DNA of 45,300 nucleotides, the filler included, from Streblomastix strix (lineage: Eukaryota): NCBI GenBank assembly GCA_008636045.1. It is 2 parts of 2 records of this genome, joined end to end, with 100 filler letters (N's around TTAATTAATTAA, not from the genome) between each part and the next. Parts side by side here need not be neighbours in the genome. Positions count along the whole stretch, not along the records: positions 1 to 22,603 come from SNRW01000317.1; 1 more part is not named here. One strand, given 5' to 3'. The notes beneath the pieces were generated by a model. It made no database searches, had not been told where the DNA came from, and saw only the letters and a program-made list of their open reading frames with translations. The position numbers and the translations under genes were made by a program. Shown piece by piece: positions 1-15,100 of this stretch (positions are counted from its first letter, which is position 1; every line of letters starts with the position of its first letter).

Positions 1-2
1 CA

Positions 3-35
3 TTGAGGTTATTGTAGTATTGGTTATTATTGTTA

Positions 36-132
<97 letters not shown>

Positions 133-3100
133 GACTATTAAGTTAGTTAGGGTTTTATTAGTGATTATGATAGTGACTTCATTGGTGGAAATTATTATTA
201 GGTTTGTTACTGCTGTAATGATGTCTATAACTTACTTTTCTTATTGGTTTTAGTATTGTTATTATATCTATAGTACATTTTATTGAAAAATAATGATACT
301 TATTTAGTTTATAGTTGTTCTTTTTCAAACTTCTTATTTTTTGAATTAATTTATTTAATATTTTTCAAGTTTTCTTTGGTATCTATATTAACAGTATATT
401 CAATTGCATATCTGAATATTGAAGTGAATAATTCAAATGTTTCTCGGAGGATTTCGTCTTAATATTAAATAGATGATAAAAGTCTTTATCTTGGAGTAAG
501 CTTGCTTATTTAATTATGATACTGATTATATTAATTAAGAAATTGCTAATTTAACAATTATTTATGTTGGATGGATGATAATTATTACTATGGCTATGGC
601 TATTAAAACAATGAATAATTCTTATTTATTTGTATTTGCAGTAAAGATGCAATTTTCGGATGAGTTCCTAATTATCTTGCTAATCTACACCTCTAAGATA
701 TAAAAACTGATCCAGAATTTATATATGAAATAATTTTCTATTATTATTAATCAAATTCGGTTTCATATTCAAAAGATGATTCGGATGAATAATTAGATTC
801 GGATGAAGATTAAGACAACAATTTATATTTTGATTTATTAGGAGAATGAGAAAGTGAAATTGAGTCCTCATTTATTCTTCTTTATTTCTTTTTCAATTAA
901 TTGATATTATTCAGACAGAATTTGCATCCTTCATCATCTTCTTGTTTATATTCATTACTGCATTCATCAGCACAACTATAAAACAATAATATATTCAAAA
1001 ACTTGACTATTGCAAGGATTGTAAAATCTTAGATATTTGAATATTGGTTCTGTTATAATTAATAATATTTTAATTGTATTTAACTTGATGACATGTAAGT
1101 ATTATCTTTATTAATCCTATAATCAATTACTTCAATTATATCATTAATATATTAAAGGCACAGTTCAATATCAGTATAGAATGGAAATGGAGTTTTATCT
1201 GATAAAGATTCTGAATATTGCTATTAATTATCTACAATTTTATTCTATCTATTATTTTTCTTTTATTTATTACTATTATCACTTCTTTATTGCATGTTTC
1301 TTCCTCTTTTATTCAATATATCTTATTCTCTATTAATTTACCTACGATCAGCACCTCTGACTAACCATGAAAGCAGATTAAATATTTATTCCCCAAGAAA
1401 CTAATCTCTGATAGTATCTTCTTAATGTGACGATAAGACCAACGATGAATCACCACTATTATTATTACTATTATTACTATTTAAATTATTATTAACAGGA
1501 TTGTTTCTATTCGAACTCCAGTTCTGGCTGCTCTAACTAGCATTCCCTTGCTGATATTAACTCATATAGTACTAGTTCATGCTAATATTAGCCTGCTGTA
1601 TCTGAAGCTGCTGTTACAGTTGCATAGACTGTATCTGCTGTTATTGCTGATACGAAGCTGCATTTACAGATGGAGGAGACATTCTCCATCTTCCGATTTC
1701 TCTTTCTTTGCTCCTGTTTCGGATCCTTTCAACACTCAAGTGCTTCTTTCTTTCATAGTTTCGTAATTCAAATGTTTCATTGGGTTGATCTTTTTCTTAT
1801 TGTTTTTCAGATTCGTTGGTTGTTTCTTGGTTTTTGTTTCTTTTAATGTTATTGTCTGGGTCTTTATTAGATTATTACTGTTGTATATTCTAAAATTACT
1901 ATTGTTGTTGTTATTGAATTGCTTTGATTGGAGAAAAAGGAGATGTGGAATTTTATGGAGTTGAAGAAGTAGATTATTTCTAATTTTGCATGTTTTTATT
2001 ATCAGCCTATTTTGATTGCTGTTATTATTGCTAAAGAAATTATTACTATTATTATATTATTTCTTCATTTTTCTGAATTTACTGCTAAAAATATTGCACC
2101 CTTTACTACATTGAAGGTTATTATTGCTATTGAAGTTATTATTGTTGCTATTAAACTCATTGTTATTACTATATTTCATTCATATTTATACCGGTTTATC
2201 CATTTCTTTGCATTTTCCCAATTTCCTCTGAGAAAAGTCTTATCTACATCAATAATGAATTTATTATCTATAATCTTGACTAATTATCAAACAAATAATG
2301 AAGTTCAGATTGATACAATTATTTACTGAAGGGAAATGGTGATTAAGGAAAAGAAACTTATTTTGAGTTAATTGTTTAATCTGTTTGAAATGGAAATGTA
2401 ATAAGTGTTGGTGGATCAGAATATTAAATTTCTTTATTTTCATTATTTAAATTATCACTATTTTTAACATCTGAATTCAAATTATTATCATTTTTTATTT
2501 ATTTCAATATTTGTATTTCTTTTTGCTCTTCAATTATATCTTTATTAATTTGTAATCTCATTTCCTTTTCAACTTATTTTCTTTTCAAATATGCATCTTC
2601 CAATTCATTTAACAGTAAAATAGGTGTATTTATATATAAAGTATCTGGATGCGAGTAAATAGATGCAGAACGAAGTATTTCAAATCCTGTTTATTTGTGC
2701 TAATATTTGTTTATCTGCTAATGTATGTATTATTATATTGAAAGTGCTTTTGATGAAGTAAAAATTGGAGAAATAATTTATACAGAACTTATATTGTTAT
2801 TTTAAGTAGTTGGTTAAGAAGAAGATTGTTGTGTCTCAAATTAATTTATATTATTTTATTTATATTAAACAATTTTATTATTGCTTTCATTTTCTTATTA
2901 ATCATTTCCTTTATTGTTATTTTAATTATTTTGTTAATTATTGTTCCTGCTATTTTAATTTGCTAAAGATCCATAATTAAATACATTCAATGCAAAGTTA
3001 TTTGAATTTTTATTATATTTTCCATCATTTTTGTCTTCATCATCTTCATTATTATTCTAATTTTAATTATCATAATTTTCATTGGTCTTTTCCTTATTCA

Positions 3101-6100
3101 AACTTTCTTATAACTCAACTATCCAATATGGCTATTAACGAATATCAATCAATAAAGACAGTGGAGAATATTGAGAAATTGAGTAAAATGGAGTAAAAAG
3201 TGAAGAAATCTACGCTAAAAGTTATGAAACAATTGATGAATATAATTATTTTATTCTTATATGGTTTATTTTTATATTCTTCTTTTACATTTCGTTTGTA
3301 ATTTCATTTATCTCTTTTTTCACTGCTCTTTTAATTTCACTGATAATCACTTTCTTTTATTTACTATATAATCTGCAAATCCATTTATATTATTATAATC
3401 TTGGTGTTGTTTGTAGTGATGTTTACATTGTTTCGCAAATATCACCAATTTCGTCTTATGTGAATTGTAAGAAGAGTATATTTTCATCTTCCTGTTTATT
3501 TGTACTTGTGTTAGATTCAGTTTAATAGGAAGATTATGGTGATGCTATTTTTTAATTTTTATATTCAGAGAAATTTTCACTTTCTAATGTGATATTGTTT
3601 TAACTGGTTTTCTAATATTTTTATTACAAATTAAATTATTGTTATTAACACTTCAGTATTTATTTCAGAATAATTTATTGATGTTCGTTTTGCCTTTGTT
3701 TCCTGTTCATTACTTAAAAAGTTTAGTAATCATTTATTTCTTCTTCATCTTCATCATCAGAAGAATCAAATTTATTTTCATCATCATTTTCTGATGATTG
3801 AGACGAATTTGTGAGTCTTATTTCATTGTTTTTATCTTTACCTATACATTAATTTATTATCTTATAACTCAATTTCGTCTTTTAAATATTAACTTTCTCA
3901 TAATTAAATATATTCAACTTGTTACATAATTTGTTCTATTTACTAATTTAGCTTATCTATAAATTATAATTACTACTGAAATGCTTGGATTATTATAACA
4001 TTTATTATTAATTGATTTATTATTAATTATTTCTCTATATATTGTTATTAGGCAACGCAATTGGTGAAAAGATAGGAAAAGTGATATATTAATCTTTTCC
4101 TTTCATTTTATTCTCAATAATGTCAAACTATTTATTGTTATGTTAATGCTGGAATTGATAATTTATTTGTAATTTATAATTCTTATCTATAATCTATTGG
4201 GGATTATTTATTAGTTCATAAATTGATTATTAAACTCTTTAATTATAAATCTATTATTTAATATCTTTAAAAAGTTCAGTTAAATTCTTTCTATAAAATT
4301 CATTATTTTCTGGTGCTAATTAAATATCATCTTCCTTTTTCTCGGTTTTCAGATCAGTTTATATTTTGTCTTTATTATTCTTCTTCTCCAATTTATCGTC
4401 AGCATCTTCATTCATTATTTCTTTCTTCATTTCATTCAATTTTATCTCAACAATTTATTTAATCAATATTTTCATATCCTGGAATTTTCCCCATTGTTCG
4501 TATCTTTATTCAACTTTAAGTAAAGATTTCCTCCTTAGATTATCAGCCAGCCATTCAGATGACATTAATAGCCATGGATCAAATGACGATTAGAATTGAA
4601 GAGGTATTTAATTATCTATTAATTATTTCTAATTGTCTTCAGATTCTTCTTAATTTTATTCTATTTAAATAAATTCTTCTTGTTTTTGTTACTCTTTTTT
4701 ATTTTCCAATTAATTATCATCATCATTATTATCTTCAATACACAACATCCTGATCATTCTGCTTATACCCTCTCTAACTCTCCAATTAGAATGAGTATGC
4801 AATAGTGATATTATCTACTATAATAATTGAGATGGATTAACTGGCTATTAAAATAATAAATTTTATTATTATTGAGTTTATTATTGTAGATTTTATTATT
4901 ATTGTTGAATTATTTATGTTGGTGATTAAGAAGGAGAAGGAGATGGATATATTTATTATTATATTTAAACTTATTATTATTGTTATTATTATAATTGAAT
5001 TTACTATTGTAATTAATTCTAATTATTATAAGTAAGATGATCAAATAGTTAATTGGGGTTTTATGCGATAAGCGAAGATGGCACAATTGAATTCTAATTT
5101 TATGCAATCTCATCAACCCTATTTATGATCCAATCAGTTCTCTATTGAATATATTCATCATCATATTATTATTGTTGTTATTATTAATAGTCTTATTCAA
5201 TCATTAATTCTTATTCTTTTACGGACTAATCAATATTTATAAATTTCACTATTTATTCAATATCAACTTCCGTACTTTCTCCTTATTACTAATCCTAATT
5301 TTCGTCTTCATCTTCATCATCATCTTCTTCTTCTTCCTCATCTTCTTCATTAATCTTTCCAATCTTGTTCCCATCTTTTGATCCTTTTTGTTTCTATTTT
5401 TCATCTTTGTCTCTTTTTTCTTATTTTCTTCCATCTTTTCTTTTATCTCTTCTTTTATTTCCATCATCTTTTCGATCTTTTTGTTTTTAATTCTCTTTTC
5501 GATCTTCTAATTGCTTTTGTTCTTAATGTTATTTTTATTCGTATTGTTATTTAAAGTATTATTGTTTTTACTGTTATTTCAGTATTTATCGAGTTTCATT
5601 CATATTTTCGAATATATTTATATTCATATTGTCATTTCCATACAATATTAGTCTTCTAAGAGGCGGTGATACACGAATGAATGCTGATATACAATAAATA
5701 ATACACAAACTTTCATATGTTTCTTAATCAATCTCTTTCTAATTTTAATTTTCTTTTAATTATTATTGCTATTAAGTATATGCCAATTATTATTATTGCG
5801 ATTGCTATTATGATTATTTATTTTGTTGCTTATTTTGATAATTATCTGATTTTTAAGGTTAACGAACAGGAGATAATGAATTTGTTGGTGAATGAAATCC
5901 TGACACTAATGTTTATTATTGTTATAAAGAAGGAGATTATATTTAAGATTAATTCGATTTTTAATTTTTTGATTTATATCTGATTATTATTTGTTATAAC
6001 AATCTTTGCATTCGTGATTCTACACTCCATCTTTACAATTCATTATTATTCTATATCTACAATTCATTAGACTATTATTATTATTACTAATTTTTATTCG

Positions 6101-9100
6101 ATTATTATTAATACAGAATGTTTTGCATACTCTGTATTGAATAAGGAATCTTCCCAGTTGAGAAGTAGAAGTATGGTTAATATTAATTGTGAAGTTGATA
6201 GATCTAAAGTGGATAGTTATATTTCTATTACAATTGATCTATAAATTACTATTACTATAATTTGTTCAACTATGATTGAGATTGTGGCTGCTATAACGCT
6301 TTCACAAGAATTGATGTATTTCTTTACTCTTCAATCTCATCTTAAATATTCATTAATATAATGTTCTTATTCTTATTTATTTTACTTACATTAATTTATT
6401 TGTTGATACTATCTGAATATTTATATTAGATTTCACTTTTTTAATCAATATCTAAAATTTATACATTTTATTTATCATTATTTTCTACCTCTTATCTTTT
6501 TCCTTTATCACTACTATACAGTTCCATGCAAATTAATAACAAATTTAGATTAAGCGCATTGATAAAATATTATGTAGATTATTAAAGGGTTTATTAGTTA
6601 GCAGATTAAGTAGTAGATTACGATTAATTAGACTATTGAGATGATAATTATGAAGCCTGCGATTAATATGAAGATGGCTATGATTACTATTAATACATAA
6701 TTGGCGATTTGTATTCATTTCCAAACTCAAGTTCCAATTCAATATCTGAATCTCTTTATCTTTTTTCTTTCTCTTTCAATAATTCGTTATTTAGCTGATC
6801 TTCAACTATTTGCAGTATTCTTTATTTAAGATGTCTGCGCTGAAAGCAATAATTTGTGTTTGTTTATTATGCCTATTATGAAGATGGTTATGCATATGGT
6901 AGCGCAATTTATACTTTATTATTTATTTCTGATGATATTTAATTAACTTCAAGTGGAGTAATATCAGAATATTTAATTTCACTACCATCAGCATTCATTT
7001 TGGATATTTATTCTACTTTTAAATTGTTTCTTCTTATTTCAATTTCATTTTGAATTTAATCCTAAACCATATTTTCCCTTTCATAACCAATTTGTGTGAT
7101 TGAATACAAAGCAGAAGCTAATTCGCGAATGCATGAATATTAATATTGATATTATGAAGAATAATTATATAACTGTTAGTACTTTTTGATATTATCTGTA
7201 CTTGTGTTAGATACATTTGATTATTATTACTGTTTACTATTTTTCTTATTTTCATCTTTTTCAACAACAATCTGGCTGTTTGTATTCAGAACCATAAATG
7301 AAATCAACTTTGAAGATAGAATGAAAGGTTGAACAGCAGCTGAAAGAAGTTAAGGAACAGAAAGGGTTGTTATTAGAGGGAACAATATTTGACCATATTA
7401 AAGTTATTATTATTATTATTATTATAATGTTTGTTGTTGGTTTTATTAATAATTTATATTTTATTTATTTTGTATTTAAATATTTGAATGTGAGAATAAT
7501 TGATTTTATAGAACTGATTGCAGATTGATGGGAGTAATACATAATTCTTTTGATTAACTATTAATACTAGAGTTTGTATCTAATTAATTATTGATATATT
7601 TAATTTATTATTTATACTGAATTATTAATTTTTTCTTCTCAACATCATTATCATCATTATTTATTAGTAATTTCATGTATTTATTCAATTAATTTAATTT
7701 TTCATTCATATTGTTATTGGAAATAATATTATTGTTTCCAACAAAGCCCTTTTTCCAATTTAATTCTTCCCATTCATAAATATATTATTGTTCTATTCTG
7801 TTGTTGCTGAATGGATTGATAATAACTGATGAATATTCAGATTGTTGTTGTAATTGCTGTTATTGATTTGTAATCTATTATTATTGCTATTATTTCTGCT
7901 AATCAGATAATAACTCCATTTACTGATATAGAATAATCTACAATTTCTATTATTCTTCCCATTCTTTCATTTTCTTTTGTTTAATCTTATCTTTTTCTTT
8001 ATCTTTTTCTTTATCCTTATTTTTATCTTTTTCTTTTTCTTTTAATTGTTATTCTTTTAATTATTATTCCTTTTCTTTCTAATCTTTTTCCATCTTTCCA
8101 ATCTTCTCTTTAACTGAATTTAGTTCTTTTTCGGTCTTTTAGTTCAGTTCTTTCTCATTCTATTTGTCCTTTTCTTTCTTCTTCTTCATCTGTTTGATGT
8201 CGTTTCTCACTTTCACGACATTTTCGCGTGTTTCGTTCTCCCTGTAATCAATTGCAGAAAGAGCTCTTACAGTCAAATAGACCACATTAAGAATAGATTT
8301 TGAGAGACAACATAGAGATATTCTAATGATCTCAGATGATACAATTAGTGTTCCATCTGAATTGTATTATCGATCAAGTTGTTGTTATTGAGATTGAGAT
8401 TGTTGTGATGATGAAGATAGATATTATTATTGTAACTATTATAACTACTATTTCTGCATTACCTGCTTTTGCATAATCTGTTCTTCTTTCGCACAATTTG
8501 GTCGATATAATCGTCCATCTCCTCCGCCGAACTCAACAGGCACTGAAACGTAATCGCACCATTCTTGGTTTAAAAATTTACTCTGCGATTTGTTTGTTTA
8601 TTGCAATTAATTGGTTTATGATGATGATGATGAATTTTGCTATTAATATTATTACTATTATTGTGCTTATTATGTTTGTTAGTTACTGGATTACTGAATT
8701 GTCTCAATCGTGATTTATGCTTTCCCTCTTGTAGTTCTGGATGAATAACCATAGTTGCAATCTTTTTCAATAAATCTTTTCCTATCTTCTTCTTTTTCTT
8801 TCTCAATTTTCTCCTCTTTATCTTTTCTATCTTATTCTTTCTCTTTATCCTTTTTGTCTTATTCTTTATCTTTCTTTTCTTTATCCTGGCTCTCTTTTAT
8901 TTATTTATTAACGATCTACTAACTCAAGAACAAATATTCGTTCTATTTATTAAACTATTCATTTTATTTATTAGTAGTAGTGTTTATGCTCATAAATTGC
9001 TCCCATTCTCCTTTGCCGCCAACCATAAACTCAGATCCTCTTCGTACATAATCTAATGATAGTAAAAGCAGTGATGAAAAAGAACCCCATGTTGATATCT

Positions 9101-12100
9101 CTTATAGGATAATGAATATATAGGCTAACTTATGCATAAGAACTGTGATATTCGCGCTTTATGTATTTTCTGCATATGGAAGATTGGATGATTGTTGGTA
9201 TGATTATTACTATTATTGTCCTTATTATTACGAATTACAATTAATAATATTCAGCATCGCATTAAAAGTCTATTAATTTTAAACACCCTACAAAACAGTC
9301 AGATACGGTTTAACCATCGGCGCAGATGAAGCAAAAGGAATAAAAGCTATCAAAGTGTGCAGGAAAGAATGAAACAGTGAAAGTGAAGGAGAAAGAAGAG
9401 GTTATGATAATAAAGTTGCTCCCAAAGCAAAAGGTGACAAAGGAAAAGCAACTGGAAACGGAAGAGAGAACATTGCAAAAAGAGATGGGCAGCAGATTGG
9501 AGATTGTTGTGACTGATAATAATTGGATTGTGATGATGAAGAAGATGATAATTGTATTGATGGTTGTTGGGGATAGGCTTTATTAATTTGTTATTATTAT
9601 TGTGGACTGTATGAAAGCATTTGATATGAATCAAGACCAGAAAGATGATTGGGAGATTATTAACGTTAAGATTTGCTTTTTTAATATTATTTTAATGTGG
9701 AATTATTTCCTGATATATCTTCATTCTATTAAGATGCTATTTACTTTAATGATAAAGCTTCAGGAACAGTATCTGTTTTGCTATCTTAATTTCCAATTTA
9801 TATCAGCGAATTTGAGCTTATTTGAATATTTGTTGAATGTGTTCCTGATGATATTGATAATTGTGTTGTCGGAGGGGTATCTTGATCTGCTTGCTTGATT
9901 TATTGTTGTTATGTTTATTATACACCATCTGGAACATAGCTTGTGTTATGATGATGTTTGTGTTTGGAATCGTCTTTTTCTTTTTCGGCATCTTTTTAAT
10001 TATCTTTATCTTTTGATTTTTCTTTATCTTATTCTTTAGATTTGCTTTTCAATTTTTCTTTATCTCTATCTTTTTCTTTATCTTTTTCTTTTGATAAATC
10101 TCTGTCTTTAGATTTGTCTTTCTCCTTATCTTTATCTTTAGATTTATAATTATATTTATCTTTATCTTTATCTTTATCTTTATCTTTATCTTTATCTTTT
10201 GATTTTTCTTTATCTTTTAATTTGTCTTTTTCATTTTTCATTTCTTCTTTTTTCTTCTTCTCCTCTTCTTTCCTTAATTTTTCTTCTTCTTTCTTTAATT
10301 TCTCATCTTCTTTTTTCTTCATAATTTCTTCCAATATTTTAATTTCCTTCATTTTTTCTTTTTCTTTCTTTTTCTCCAATATTCTTTTCTACTAATCTTC
10401 TTATTCTTTTAAAAGTTATTTTTCCTAATCATTCAAATTCCACTTGGATTTCTCTCTCTTAAGTTCTTTTGTTATTTCTTATTCATTGAAAATATCCACT
10501 TTCACAACTCTCTCATTAATAACATCTTTCTCCCTTTCTGTTAATCTGATCTCTTCTTTTCTCCTAAAATCAAAAATCTTCGGTTTTTCTTTATCGTTAT
10601 TTTCCAGATTGAATTTTTCCAATTCAATTCCATCTCTGGTTCCTATATTTGGTGATTGCTGATAACTGCTGCTCTTAGATTGTATACTTTTCGTCTAAAT
10701 ACTTCTTGTTTCAAACTCATTCTCATTTTCACTTATTTTATCTCTATCTAAGAATTGATAATCCAATTTTTTATCTTTTCTCTTCTTAAACTCACTTTGT
10801 TCACTTTCGCTTCTTTTTTCTTTATCGCTGAAGTCTGATGTGCTTTGCTCATATTATTCATACTCAAATTTATTTTTTAATTCTTTGTTTTAATTTTTGA
10901 TTTGTATGTTTCTTATATCGTATGATGGTGAAAATGAGCGATATTATTAATATTTGTTATCAGGAGATGAATAATTGAAATTTTTTGATTTCTGTTTTAT
11001 TTACTCATATAAAAGTGAATGTTTATTAACTGAGAATGTTTTTGGTTTTGAAATCAGTGGTGTTGGTTACTAATATAATAATTATTATGAATATTGATTA
11101 TATTATTCATTTTATATTGGTGATTAAAGTAGTGGAAGATGTGTGCTTAGTTTATTGTAATAATTATCATCTTATTCATCATCATTTTCATTCTATAATT
11201 TTCCATATTCTTTCTCCTGCTATATTTATTCATCAATTAATTTCTGATCATTCTCTTATCCATACAAATAATACTTCATCTGATTCAATAAATGTGGATG
11301 ATTATTTGGAATGAATGAGTATTGATATTATTGCTATGATGATGAAATATTATTATTATCACTGATATTATTACCATTAAAATTATCAAATTCATCTTAT
11401 GTCAAACCCATTTTCATTTCATAAACAAGATGCTTTTTCACAATTTTTTATTCTTTTTGTTTTATTTATTATTTAATTTTCTCGCTTCTAGCTGAATTTA
11501 ATTCATTGTTTCTTAATAATGTATCTCTCTTATAATCTTTTTCAATTTTCATTTCTTTATCTTATTTTATATCATTATCTTTATCTTATTTTATATCTTT
11601 TTCTTTAATTTTTTCTTTTTCTTTTATTTCTTTTTTATTCTTCATTTCATCTTTATTTTTATCTTTATTTTTCTTATCTTCTTTTTCTTTATTTTTATCT
11701 TTATTTTTCTTATCATCTTTATCTTTGTGTTTATCATCTTTACTTTTATCTTTATCTTTATCTTTCTTTTATTCTTTATCATTATCATAATCTTTATCTT
11801 TCTTTTATTCTTTATCTTTCTTTTTATCTTTATCTTTTTCTTTTTCAAAAGTTTTCTCTTTATCCTAATCCTTCATTTTATCTTTTTTTCTGATCTAATC
11901 TATTATTTTATCTACTTTTTAGTCCCCATCAGCACTAATATCTTCATCAATTACAGTATGTTCCACATTCTCAACACTCAACAGTTGCATCCTAATCGCA
12001 ACTTCCTCATAGCAACCCCACATATATATTATCTATACTGCTTGTATAATCAATTTAGAGAAAGAAAGTCTAATGTTTTGATCATAGCAATTTAAAAGCA

Positions 12101-15100
12101 GTGTTCGAAGCCAAGAATGGTGTGAAAAAGCTTTTTATTTGAGCCTTTATGGGGGATGAGCACGTTTTTGTTATATTTGAATCTATTTTTGAGTTTGTTG
12201 TTATTATTATATAGAATATTACTGAGACGAATGATGAGGTATTAACATTTATTGTTATTATTATTATTATGAAGATGTTGAAACAGAATACGATCTTTGT
12301 CTGGATTGGATTAATTATATTTATTACTATTGCAATGATGGCTGCTATGAATTTTAGGATAATTGAGATTAACTTGAAGGTGAGAATGGCCTTAATTATT
12401 ATTATTGTTATGAAATTGATGATTATGAAGATGAATAATAAGTAAATTATGCTACATTCATAGAAGCAATAGAATTAGTTGGAGTCAATTGGTTTGGTGA
12501 TATTATTGCATTTTAATTAGATTATGAAGAAGAAGCTGTTTGTGTTTGATTATATAACTATAATTATTTTTTTAGTTTAGAGTTCAATTCTTTTTATTTT
12601 TTCTTTTCATCAATCTTCTTATTGTTATAATTCAAAATCAACGAATAACTCAATTTATCATTATTCACATATCTTCCTTTACTTCTTCCATTAATTTCTC
12701 TAATTTTCATTTTTTACATCTTTCTTCTTCTTTTCTACTCATTTTTCTCACCAATTTTCATCCATTTGCTCAAATCACGATATCCTTTTCCTAATCCTAA
12801 TCCAGATTCACTGCTGATTCCAAATTCGTTCCTCTGGACTTGTTGCACACATTCACATATGAAGTAGAATGCTAAGTATGGTCTGATGATAAATAATTGA
12901 GAGAGGTTGTTCAAGTAGTAGTGGATTAGTTGTTATTATGAGTAGTTTAATTCAGTTTGTTGTTGATCTAAATGTATGAATGAATCTAACAAATAGTGAA
13001 TAAATGATCGATGAAGCTGAAATTCGTATGTCTACATGTATGCAAAGGAATAATATTATGGAGGAAGACGAAGAAATTATGAAGATTAATATTGTTAATT
13101 TGAATATTATTAATATTAAAGTGAATTTTATGGTTGTTATTACAAAATAGAAGATTGTGGTTATTATTATATTGAAACAGAATGAGTTTAAGAAGATATT
13201 GATGATAAAGATGTTGATCTTGGAGATATAATTTATTGGAGAGTTTCAGTTTATTAATTGAATTATTGTTCTGTTTAATTTTATTGGGTATATAATTATT
13301 GTTGTTATAGAAGTTAAGGAGGAAGATTAACATCATCGATTTGTGTCAGCATTGCAGCAGTGACATAGTTCAAATTGGGAATAATGAAATACATTCTTGA
13401 AGTTGAATGTTTGGGTTGTGATTGATATTAATAATGAATCTATTATTATTACACTTGTGGATATCTAGGCGATGTTGTTGAAATGTTTTTCTTATTATCC
13501 TTCATTAATTATTATTATTATAATTATTATTATGACTAACTCTGCCAATACAACGAATTCTCCAATGTACAGTCTTCGAAATGCTCAACTTCTTTTGTCC
13601 AATCTCCTTCGCCTTCACAAAATGTGTATTGGTTGACAATCTTCTTAAATTCTCTTCTTTCAATAATGTAAAATGTTGGTTATTATTATTGTATTATTTG
13701 CTTTTAGATTGTTTGTTATGTATCTGGTTGAACTGCTTGTTAGAGTATTTGAATTTGCTATTGTTATAAAGGTAATTGATGTAATATATGACAAACTGAA
13801 GAAATTGGAGAAAGTTGTATATTTTGAATTTATTACTGATAAAATCTATTTAGTTGCATAATTGATTGTATTTCATGAACTCGCATTCCTTGCTATTGTT
13901 GATGAATATACTGAAGAATCAAATAATCTTTTTATGGTGAAAATGGTGATGTAATTGATTCTGGAGATTGCTAACGAGGTATTATATCAATTTATTACTA
14001 ATTTTACTTTTAAAGCAAAATCTATTATTACTATTTCTGTTACTACAATGTTTATTTTTGCGGTGTTAATTATATAGTCCTATTGGGTGAAAGTGAACGT
14101 GTTTAATTTGCCAATTAAAGTGAACCTACCAAAGATTATGCTGAAAAAGCAGAAAATACAAGTGATTATTGTTAGTTCTATTATTGCTATTATTAATATG
14201 TAGATGACAGAACAACATTCTTACTATCAATACTGTATGATGGTGAATGATAAGCTATTTTCTAATTAATCTAATTCTATGGTAATAAAGAAATCAATTA
14301 TTATTATTATTATTTCTATTTTGTTTGAATTCTTTTCGTATTTGGTGATTATGGTGGAAGTGTTAATGAATGCGAGTGTTTCGAAGATTGCGATGATTGT
14401 TCAGATGATCTGGACAATTTATCTTCTTCTTTATTATTTTCTTTATCTTTATTTTAATTTAAAACCTAATCTTTCATTTAATCAAATTTTTTCTGTTTAT
14501 TTATTTCTCTTGTGTTAATAGCTGATTAAGAAGAAAATCGAGATGATTATGACTATGAAGATGGCGATCTTGATCGTGATGAAGGTGGTGGAGTAATAAA
14601 AACTTCTTTTTGCTTGTTTAATTAATAGAATTTATCATTTTATTCATTTTCATCATCTTTCAATCTTTATTATCTTTATTTTTCTTTAAATTTTTCTTCA
14701 ATTTCTTTATGTTCTATTTTGAGAAGTTGCCCATTTCGGATATATTCAGATTTCTATTCGATAATTTGTTCTTATTTTCGCAATACTTCATTATTTATAT
14801 TATCAATTAATACATTAAATTGCAGTATTCTATTTGGATGATACGAATTGAGCTGCTGCAAAATACACCTATTCTATTTGTTGCAATCTTCCTGCGTTTA
14901 AATCTGCTTCATTATCTGCTATAGATGAAGTTTCTAAAAATTAACGGGATTGCAAACAACCATATTTGGAATTAAACCCATCTTTACTAAAATTGGCAGT
15001 TACTGATCCTGATACATAATGCATATTGAGTTTTATGAGATGTATGGAGAATGCTAATAACGAGTAAGTGCAATTGATGATGATGATGATTATTCTTAGT

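Noticed and set aside
225..300. Possible frameshift or intron donor (GTAAG on the minus strand at 235-231)
   Set aside because: The main frame stays open through the region, and the alternative frame hits TGA at 325-327.
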